Of a stretch of 40,367 bases of DNA, positions 1-5,974 are shown piece by piece (within the stretch, counting starts at the first letter, position 1; every line of letters starts with the position of its first letter). A model generated the notes under the pieces. The model searched no databases. It was not told the origin of the DNA and saw nothing but the letters and a program-made list of their open reading frames with translations. This DNA comes from a virus. The position numbers and the translations under genes were made by a program. Where the stretch lies: positions 1 to 40,367 of the IMG/VR virus record IMGVR_UViG_3300046045_000002. One strand, given 5' to 3'.

Positions 1-1095
1 TCCCTCGGCGTCGAGGCGCGCGGCTATGCCGAATCTGCCCGCCGGTACGGCGTCGAGAGTGTGAACAGCACCCGGGCGATAGCCGAGGCGCTGATAGGCA
101 TGGGGGAGGTTCTCACCGAACGGACGGCGTCCGGGAACCTGAAAGTCGATAAGGCCGTCTTGTTGGCGCTGGCCGACCTCGACGGCGATTGGAAGCGCGT
201 AGGGGCGCGTACGCCTAACCCGTTGGCGGAAGCGGTGTTGCGCAGCAAGCGCGCGGGGAAGTGGCGGACGACGTACGCCGAGACATTCCTTTCCGAGGTC
301 GACGCCGACGGGCGCGTGCACCCGATGATTAACACGCTGCAAGCGCGCACGGGTCGCATGTCGATTCAGCGTCCGGCGCTGCAAACGTTGCCGTCATCGG
401 ATCAGATGATCCGTCGGTGCCTTTTGGCCGACGAGGGTCACGTAATGGTGAGCACCGACTTTCAGGCCGTAGAAATGCGTGTTCTCGCCGCCCTGGCCGA
501 CGTCACGCGAATGAAAGAGGCAATTCGAGACGGCGAGGACTTGCATTCCTTTACGGCCCGGCTGGTATTCGGCGAGGGGTTTACCCCCAAACACCGAAAG
601 CTGTGCAAGGGCGTCGGGTTCGGCAAGGTGTACGGCGGTGGCGCTGCGACCATTGCCCGGCAGACGGGCGCACCCGTTGCCGACGTTCAGCGGGCGATCA
701 ACGCGTACGACCGGGTGTACCCGGAAATCAAGCGGGCGTCGGGACGCTGGCAGCGCGAGGCGAGGCACACGGGCATGGTGCACGTGTCGGCGACCGGCCG
801 TCGGCTGCCGCTGGACCGTGACCGTACGTATGCCGTCGTGAACTATGCGTGTCAGTCGGCTGCGCGTGACGTCCTCGGGCAAGCGCTGTTGCACATGGAA
901 GAGCGGGGGCTCTTGCCCCTCTTGCGGCTACCGATCCATGACGAGGTTCTCGCGTCGGTGCCCGCCGAGGACGCAACGGACATTGCGCGCGAGATCGAGC
1001 AATGTATGACGTTCAGTCTGTACGGGGTACCGATCGAGGCCGAGGCGGAGATAGGGCGCCGGTCGTGGGGGAGTCTGTACGGCGCCGACGTGTAG
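1..1095 (+). CDS. DNA polymerase I (family A), C-terminal polymerase domain; continuation of the ORF starting at 39488 across the circular junction
   Basis: Position 1 is in frame with the ATG at 39488 (40241-39488=753). Motif A-like VSTDFQAVEMRVLA, motif B-like RKLCKGVGFGKVYGG and motif C-like PIHDEVL are present. Stop at 1093..1095. Confidence 0.9.
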   Translation, partial: SLGVEARGYAESARRYGVESVNSTRAIAEALIGMGEVLTERTASGNLKVDKAVLLALADLDGDWKRVGARTPNPLAEAVLRSKRAGKWRTTYAETFLSEVDADGRVHPMINTLQARTGRMSIQRPALQTLPSSDQMIRRCLLADEGHVMVSTDFQAVEMRVLAALADVTRMKEAIRDGEDLHSFTARLVFGEGFTPKHRKLCKGVGFGKVYGGGAATIARQTGAPVADVQRAINAYDRVYPEIKRASGRWQREARHTGMVHVSATGRRLPLDRDRTYAVVNYACQSAARDVLGQALLHMEERGLLPLLRLPIHDEVLASVPAEDATDIAREIEQCMTFSLYGVPIEAEAEIGRRSWGSLYGADV

Positions 1096-1114
1096 CCACG
1101 TGAGCTACGTCACA

Positions 1115-1149
1115 CCCCTTGGTTACCGTACGCGCAGGTAACCAAGGGG
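1115..1149 (+). terminator. Stem-loop after the DNA polymerase gene
   Basis: Perfect 13-bp stem ccccttggttacc (1115..1127) / ggtaaccaagggg (1137..1149) with a 9-nt loop, 20 nt after the stop codon. No T-run follows. Confidence 0.5.
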
Positions 1150-1154
1150 CCCAT

Positions 1155-1177
1155 CACCTACTAGTCACTAGTAGGTG
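1155..1177. repeat. 23-bp palindrome copy 1 (cacctactag-tca-ctagtaggtg)
   Basis: Exact 10-bp arms. Intergenic, 59 nt after the polymerase stop. Confidence 0.95.
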
Positions 1178-1553
1178 GGGTGGCGAAAAATATTCGAACC
1201 AACTACTCGAACTAGTAGCTGACGAGTCGTACAAGATCGAACCTTTGAACTGAAGGTAACGAGTCGTTACGCGCCGTCGTCTGCCTCTCATTCTTAGGGA
1301 TGAGCCTGGTTACACCTTCGATCTTGGTACAACCTCCTCCGTCGTCGCAGGTCAAACCCGGTACGTAAGCACGTTGTGTAGATCGTGTGCACGGCGTACG
1401 TTCCATCCACGCAAGACGGCACGGCCCGATCAACCCCCGTCAAGCGCCCCGCGTAACGGGGTTAGGTCGTGCTGTCTCTCGTCACCTCTGCCTCGGCACC
1501 CCCATGCCAAAAACAGGCTGTGACGCAGCCCACAAGGTCTGACCCCGTTCCGC
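1178..1553. other. Long non-coding region, locally low GC, with nested complementary segments
   Basis: No plausible ORF. 1229..1241 (gtacaagatcgaa) complements 1317..1330 (ttcgatcttggtac, one bulge). Hairpin gtaacg-agt-cgttac at 1256..1270. Direct repeat acgagtcgt at 1222..1230 and 1259..1267. Confidence 0.35.
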
Positions 1554-1571
1554 GTAAACCCTCCCGCTCTA
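1554..1571 (+). promoter_or_regulatory. Early-gene motif copy 1 (GTAAACCCTCCCGCTCTA)
   Basis: 16 of 18 match to the GTAAACCCTTGCGCTCTA consensus. 36 nt upstream of the sigma-factor ATG. Confidence 0.55.
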
Positions 1572-1607
1572 GGGCGGGCGACAACGCGAACGAACGGAGC
1601 ACGACCC

Positions 1608-2426
1608 ATGATCGACCTCACCCCCGAGCAGATCGCCGCCGCTAAGGCGAACGACCTCGACGCCGTGACCGCTGTGGTTCAGGCCACGGAGGAAAGGGTT
1701 CAGCAGCTCGCCCGGCAGTACGCCACCACCGCTGGACGCGTGAACGCCGACCTCGCCGAGGAACTCGCGCAGATAGGCCGTATAGCCGTCTGGGAGTCCC
1801 TTAGCCGCTTCAACGGCCACGCGGTGGCCCAGTTCTTCACCTTCATAGACACGACGCTTAAGGGCGTCATGAGCGACGCTCGCAAGGTCGAGACCCGCCC
1901 GGGTGTGTCCCGCTCCGTCGCCGCCGATTTTGAGACAGCGCTCACGATGGCGGGCGGCGACCCGTACGACGCGGAGCGCGTAGCCGCTAGCCCCGCCATG
2001 GGCAAGCGCAAGATGAGCCCCGAAATGGCGTACGCCGCCCGGCTGTCGTGGCAAGGGGTCGAGTACCTCGACGCCCCGATGAACGGCGAGGGCGACGAAA
2101 CGATCACGCTCGGGGAGACGCTTGCCGATCGGGTCGGTCTTCCGGATGACCTGATCGAGGACGCCGATATCGAGTCGTTGCGCAAGCGCGAAATCCGCGA
2201 CCGGGTGCGCGGCATTGTCGGCCGCATGGGGGCACAGCGCCGGTACGTGTTGTCGGGTACCTACGGCCTCCCGTTCGCCCCGTTCTACGGCGAGGGACAC
2301 GATGCCGAAATGGCGGAAGACCTCGGGGTTCCGCGCGACCGCATCAAGACCGTTCGCAGCCTCGCTAAGACGGCATTCCGTAAGACGTGGCTTGCCGGTG
2401 CGCAGTCCGACGCCGACGCCGCCTAA
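1608..2426 (+). CDS. Sigma-70 family (ECF-like) RNA polymerase sigma factor
   Basis: 272 aa. Region-2-like IGRIAVWESLSRF and region-4 HTH-like EMAEDLGVPRDRIKTVRSLAKTAFRK. GGAG upstream of the ATG. Confidence 0.7.
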   Translation: MIDLTPEQIAAAKANDLDAVTAVVQATEERVQQLARQYATTAGRVNADLAEELAQIGRIAVWESLSRFNGHAVAQFFTFIDTTLKGVMSDARKVETRPGVSRSVAADFETALTMAGGDPYDAERVAASPAMGKRKMSPEMAYAARLSWQGVEYLDAPMNGEGDETITLGETLADRVGLPDDLIEDADIESLRKREIRDRVRGIVGRMGAQRRYVLSGTYGLPFAPFYGEGHDAEMAEDLGVPRDRIKTVRSLAKTAFRKTWLAGAQSDADAA

Positions 2427-2451
2427 TTCACCTTTCTGGGAGGGAACTGAA

Positions 2452-2661
2452 ATGCTTGCTACGCACAAGTTCGAAACCGCCTCGGGTCACACGGTCGAGG
2501 CCACGGCTACCGCAGCCGGATACGACTTCCACACGCGCAACGCGCAGGGCGAGACGATTTCGACCGTCGCCCATTCCCGCATTGCCGCTGAAATCCTGAT
2601 CGCGGAACTCTCGGCCGCGCAGCCTAAGCCCCGGGCGCGCCGTAAGGTGGCTGCAAAGTGA
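2452..2661 (+). CDS. Hypothetical protein (69 aa)
   Basis: ATG preceded by gggagggaactgaa; high GC3 in this frame. The longer upstream extension from 2215 overlaps the sigma gene. Confidence 0.6.
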   Translation: MLATHKFETASGHTVEATATAAGYDFHTRNAQGETISTVAHSRIAAEILIAELSAAQPKPRARRKVAAK

Positions 2662-2855
2662 GCCGCGCGCTTTCCTTCCTGATCGGGTTTGCCGTCGTCG
2701 CCGCTTTCGGCGTGACAGCGTGCGAGGACGGACCCGAGTGCACGCACTACGAGACGCAGACCACTTGGGCGTACGTCGTAGGACCGAAAGGCACCATGAC
2801 ACCCCACCTGATCGTGACCCAGGTCTGTACGCGCTACGCGTCGCCGACCCCGTAA
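2658..2855 (+). CDS. Small putative lipoprotein or membrane protein (65 aa)
   Basis: GTG start overlapping the previous stop. N-terminal hydrophobic signal with the lipobox-like sequence FGVTAC. Confidence 0.55.
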   Translation: MSRALSFLIGFAVVAAFGVTACEDGPECTHYETQTTWAYVVGPKGTMTPHLIVTQVCTRYASPTP

Positions 2856-2866
2856 GGCCGAGGACC

Positions 2867-2889
2867 CACCTACTAGTGACTAGTAGGTG
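2867..2889. repeat. 23-bp palindrome copy 2 (centre tga), extended to a 33-bp palindrome 2862..2894 followed by TTTTTT
   Basis: cacctactagtgactagtaggtg flanked by ggacc/ggtcc, with a T-run at 2895..2900. Looks like an intrinsic terminator. Confidence 0.95.
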
Positions 2890-2972
2890 GGTCCTTTTTT
2901 GCGTTTCATGACTCTGATCGCTTGCGAGCGGTGTTAGGCTGCCGCTACAAGCGGCAGACAGGGAGACGGAAG

Positions 2973-3536
2973 ATGATCACGAAGACCGAGCAGGGCAAGC
3001 GAGTCACCACCCCGTGGGGCGCTGGCACCGTCGAGTACCGCACTGACGGGTACGCGGGCGAGGTTGATTACTTCCTGGTCACCCTGGACGTTCCGGGCGA
3101 GTATGGCGTGACGCAGGTTCACGTGAAGCCCGAGGACATGCGGCCCGAGGTGCAGCCGGAACCGCGCACGATCCGGTTCGAGTCGACCGTGTGCGGACGC
3201 TGCAAGGGTGCCGGTCGGCGGAACGACGCCGGATGGGGCGCGAACCATCACGGAATCTGCTACCGGTGCCACGGCGCCGGGACGGTACTGACGGGCAACG
3301 GCTACCGGGCGTCACAGGCGTACAGCAAGATGCGTGATGAGCGCCTCGGCGCCACGTGGGGCGAACTCGCCGACGGCGAGGTTTTCCAGCACGACGGGAA
3401 GTACTACCGCAAGGGCGAACACGAGTGGCTGCGCCTCGCTGACGGGATCAAGGTTCACCGCCACAACGGCCCGGCAACCCGGAAGATGTGGAAGGAGATT
3501 GCCGCCCGCTACAAGGGCGCAACGCTGGCCTACTGA
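2973..3536 (+). CDS. Hypothetical protein with DnaJ-type CxxCxGxG zinc-finger repeats
   Basis: ATG preceded by gggagacggaag. Contains CGRCKGAG and CYRCHGAG. Confidence 0.6.
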   Translation: MITKTEQGKRVTTPWGAGTVEYRTDGYAGEVDYFLVTLDVPGEYGVTQVHVKPEDMRPEVQPEPRTIRFESTVCGRCKGAGRRNDAGWGANHHGICYRCHGAGTVLTGNGYRASQAYSKMRDERLGATWGELADGEVFQHDGKYYRKGEHEWLRLADGIKVHRHNGPATRKMWKEIAARYKGATLAY

Positions 3537-3549
3537 ACCGCCCGAGGGG

Positions 3550-3572
3550 CACCTACTAGTCGCTAGTAGGTG
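3550..3572. repeat. 23-bp palindrome copy 3 (centre tcg), extended by ggg/ccc (3547..3575) plus a T-rich run
   Basis: cacctactagtcgctagtaggtg followed by ccctttcttttt. Terminator-like. Confidence 0.95.
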
Positions 3573-3746
3573 CCCTTTCTTTTTAGCCCGAAAGGCTTTC
3601 TTAGCTAAACTAATCGTTCACAAGATCCTAACGTTTTACTTGATCCTTGCACCACGCACGCAGATTCGGACTACAGCGCTCCGCATACTGATGTTGACCT
3701 TTCAAATGTGCCGTTTACCGGTACCGGGGCAGTAGGGGTGCCCGTG

Positions 3747-4283
3747 ATGACTAGGACTGTGTGCGGAGTGGTAATCCCGGCTAAGTCGCCGACCGTCTGT
3801 CTCCATATCGAGGTGCCCGCAGACAGCGTGTGCACCTGTACCGGGCGGAAGTGCAAGCCTTGGGAGTGGCGGGCACTGGAGTGCCCTACAAGGCTCCCGG
3901 AGGAGTACGCCTACACCCGGCATGACCTCGACCGCGTCATGCGCTCATACGGCCACGTGTGGGCCCTCACGGCGGCGAGGCAGCGCAGCGACAACCGGTT
4001 CCGGCTGGTTGCCCGGGGGCTGTTCAGCGGGCGGGTTCTCTCCACCTACACGTGGGGGTGGAACGCCGTGTACGGCCGGTACGAACCCGAGGCCGAACCG
4101 TGGAATCTGTGGGACGAACGCGAGGCCGAGGGGAAGCGTGAGCGCATCCCTTACACGCTGTCCGGCTTCAGTCGGCTAGCCGCCGGGCTGCACCAGGACC
4201 CCGGGCCGTTCGTCCGGCACAAGGAAGACGTCCCGCACGAGCACGCATTGCCCGACTTCTACGGACTCCCGAACGCTGCCTAG
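3747..4283 (+). CDS. Hypothetical protein (178 aa, Cys-rich N-terminus)
   Basis: ATG preceded by aggggtgcccgtg. Follows a roughly 170-bp AT-richer spacer and is followed by an 11-bp-stem hairpin. Confidence 0.6.
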   Translation: MTRTVCGVVIPAKSPTVCLHIEVPADSVCTCTGRKCKPWEWRALECPTRLPEEYAYTRHDLDRVMRSYGHVWALTAARQRSDNRFRLVARGLFSGRVLSTYTWGWNAVYGRYEPEAEPWNLWDEREAEGKRERIPYTLSGFSRLAAGLHQDPGPFVRHKEDVPHEHALPDFYGLPNAA

Positions 4284-4309
4284 GCGCTGCGCGGTAGGAC
4301 CCGTGCAGT

Positions 4310-4339
4310 AGCCCCGCTCTAAGGCCGTAGAGCGGGGCT
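4310..4339 (+). terminator. Stem-loop (perfect 11-bp stem)
   Basis: agccccgctct (4310..4320) / agagcggggct (4329..4339) with an 8-nt loop. No T-run. Confidence 0.5.
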
Positions 4340-4363
4340 TACGCATGTCCGTAGGCTGGTCCC

Positions 4364-4657
4364 ATGGCTATCGGATATGAGTGGCGAATCATCGGGCGCG
4401 AACTCTCCGGGGGCGCATGTCCCGATGGTGACGCGGACGGCGTGGCTGGCTGCGTCGAGGACGTGGCAACGGCCATCACGGAAGCGCTGCGGTTCCATCT
4501 GCGGGACCAACGGCCGGACATCGTCGGCGCCGTCCTCACGAACATGTGGGGGCCGTTGCGGCATCGCATGCTGACGGATGGCATCACCGGATTGAAGGAT
4601 GAAAGGCGCTGGACCGGTACCGCGCCGGGTCTCTCCGTGCGACTCTGGCAGCTATGA
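4364..4657 (+). CDS. Hypothetical protein (97 aa)
   Basis: ORF with high GC3. Its stop overlaps the next start (ATGA). Confidence 0.55.
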   Translation: MAIGYEWRIIGRELSGGACPDGDADGVAGCVEDVATAITEALRFHLRDQRPDIVGAVLTNMWGPLRHRMLTDGITGLKDERRWTGTAPGLSVRLWQL

Positions 4658-4893
4658 ACACACCAGCTACACGAACGCCGTTGGAAGTCGCGCACCATGC
4701 GCGCTACCGCATCCGGAACAACCCGCTTGCCGACCGCGCACGCCCGTTCGAGATCATCGATGACCTAATGGGCGGGCACGCGTGCGCACTGCCCGACGCG
4801 AGCGGGTTCCTCAAGACGCTCACGTTCCGGAACGAGAAATCAGCCCGCGCATGGCTGGTCGAGTGCCAGCAAAGGGGGACCGCGAATGCGTGA
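4654..4893 (+). CDS. Hypothetical protein (79 aa)
   Basis: Overlaps its neighbours at both ends, consistent with translational coupling. Confidence 0.55.
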   Translation: MNTPATRTPLEVAHHARYRIRNNPLADRARPFEIIDDLMGGHACALPDASGFLKTLTFRNEKSARAWLVECQQRGTANA

Positions 4894-5194
4894 GATCAAC
4901 GACCGGTACGAGGTACAGACGGTCGGCGGCAAGTTCGTAATCCGCGACCTATGGATGCGCGCTTTCTGCTCACTCGACGGGGAGAACGTTCTCCGCTGGT
5001 CGACGTGGACGGACGCGGAGGGATGGCTCCAGCGGTGCTACCGGATTTGGGGCCACGTGCCGAATGTCGGCGACGACCCGAACGACCTGAACGCCAAAGC
5101 CCGGAACTGGGCTGAAATGCGGTCGCGCAATGCCCGGCGGTCGCCATGGGAAGGCTGGTCCGTTCCGCTGTGGGATAGCCGGTTCGGCCAATGA
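4886..5194 (+). CDS. Hypothetical protein (102 aa, Trp-rich)
   Basis: ORF with high GC3, followed by a hairpin at 5200..5228. Confidence 0.55.
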   Translation: MREINDRYEVQTVGGKFVIRDLWMRAFCSLDGENVLRWSTWTDAEGWLQRCYRIWGHVPNVGDDPNDLNAKARNWAEMRSRNARRSPWEGWSVPLWDSRFGQ

Positions 5195-5199
5195 CGTAA

Positions 5200-5228
5200 G
5201 CCCCGGAGCGCAGCTATCGCCCCGGGGC
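5200..5228 (+). terminator. Stem-loop ending the + strand accessory operon
   Basis: gccccgg (5200..5206) / ccggggc (5222..5228). Confidence 0.4.
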
Positions 5229-5244
5229 CTACGCCCTCACCTTA

Positions 5245-5274
5245 GCCCCGTCCGGCCACCACAGCGGGCGGGGC
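5245..5274 (-). terminator. Stem-loop immediately downstream of the minus-strand gene
   Basis: gccccgtccg (5245..5254) / cgggcggggc (5265..5274). 10-bp stem with one G-T pair. Confidence 0.4.
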
Positions 5275-5278
5275 ACTC

Positions 5279-5491
5279 TTATGCGTCGTCGCGCGTTGCC
5301 GGGCACCTCCACAGTGCCCAACCCTTGCCGTATGGCCGGATAGCTACGCGGTAGGCGAGGCGCAGCCGCACATACAGCGCAGCTACCTCGTGCCACCGGT
5401 TGAAAGCGTCCTCGCGCCCGAGGCTGCCGGTTATCTGAATGCTGCCCGGCGGAACGGGCGGGTTCGGGGTGTAGGGGAGTGTGGTTCTCAT
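5279..5491 (-). CDS. Hypothetical protein (70 aa); the only convincing minus-strand gene
   Basis: ATG at 5491..5489. About 75% GC3 in this frame when read by hand. The longer 107-aa version would overlap the divergent gene. Confidence 0.5.
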   Translation of the reverse strand: MRTTLPYTPNPPVPPGSIQITGSLGREDAFNRWHEVAALYVRLRLAYRVAIRPYGKGWALWRCPATRDDA

Positions 5492-5564
5492 GTCGGCCAC
5501 GCTACGGATCAAGGCGCCGTTACCGGATCGCCCGCAGGGTCGAGGCGTAGGTAACGTTCCGGGC
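5492..5564. promoter_or_regulatory. Divergent intergenic region with a 7-bp inverted repeat (cgttacc 5518..5524 / ggtaacg 5550..5556)
   Basis: 73 bp between two divergently oriented start codons. Candidate switch or operator region. Confidence 0.3.
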
Positions 5565-5942
5565 ATGGAAACGAAGCGCTGTAACGAGTGCCAGGAAGAC
5601 AAGCCCGTCGAGGCTTTCGAGGTCTACCGCAAGGGGCCGTCCGGAACGCCCTACCGCCGGGGAAGCTGCCGCACGTGTCGGCAGCCAGAGCGGACCGAGA
5701 AAGAGGCTGCACGCCGAGGCCGACAGCGCGAGCAGAACCCCGAGGGGTTCAAGGCTGCGAAAGCGTCCGAGGCCACCGCCCGCCGCAAGCGCCTACGGCT
5801 CGAACAGCTTGCCGACGTCGTCCGGCTTGTGTCGGCACAGCTTGCCGACGGCCGGTCGGTCGAGGACGTTGCCGAGGTGCTGCTAGCCGCCGACGTGCGC
5901 GTGTACGGGGACGTTTCCGCAGATCAGCGCGTACATCCATAG
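5565..5942 (+). CDS. Zinc-ribbon protein with a basic central region and a possible C-terminal HTH (125 aa)
   Basis: METKRCNECQ...CRTCRQ (CxxC...CxxC), an Arg/Lys-rich middle and LADGRSVEDVAEVL near the C-terminus. Lies directly upstream of the integrase gene. Confidence 0.55.
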   Translation: METKRCNECQEDKPVEAFEVYRKGPSGTPYRRGSCRTCRQPERTEKEAARRGRQREQNPEGFKAAKASEATARRKRLRLEQLADVVRLVSAQLADGRSVEDVAEVLLAADVRVYGDVSADQRVHP

Positions 5943-5973
5943 TCCTGGTCACTGTTCGATGACCAGGGATATG
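5938..5973. other. Candidate attP: 36-bp imperfect dyad (13 of 18 arm positions complementary)
   Basis: catagtcctggtcactgt | tcgatgaccagggatatg. Perfect 8-bp core cctggtca/tgaccagg. Directly upstream of the serine integrase gene. Confidence 0.35.
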
Positions 5974-5974
5974 G

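Noticed and set aside
1-127. The terminal 127-bp repeat as a biological direct terminal repeat.
   Set aside because: It interrupts the DNA polymerase ORF, which reads in frame through the junction. Its length matches a common assembler k-mer overlap.
1212-1433. A 73-aa minus-strand ORF in the long non-coding region.
   Set aside because: It has a TTG start with a G-run abutting the start codon, so no usable SD spacing. GC3 is about 55%, against about 75% in real genes. The first ATG is at codon 10.
1569-2468. A 299-aa minus-strand ORF opposite the sigma-factor gene. The ORFs at 36551..37261 and 37326..38231 (minus strand) are similar cases.
   Set aside because: The + strand products carry clear functional motifs (sigma regions, deaminase, TOPRIM/helicase). 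The antisense frames are compositional artefacts of high GC.
3334-3735. A + strand ORF running from inside gene 2973..3536 through palindrome copy 3. Other ORFs whose translations contain HLLVTSRW are similar cases (2720..2911, 29152.., 35822.., 39435..).
   Set aside because: The HLLVTSRW peptide is simply the translation of the palindrome. These ORF extensions cross terminator-like hairpins, and better-signalled internal starts exist downstream.
3576-3746. Specific sigma-70-type promoters in the AT-richer spacer, for example TTGATC at 3640 and TTGACC at 3694.
   Set aside because: No candidate pairs a good -35 with a TANNNT -10 at 16-18-nt spacing, so I could not support a call from the sequence alone.
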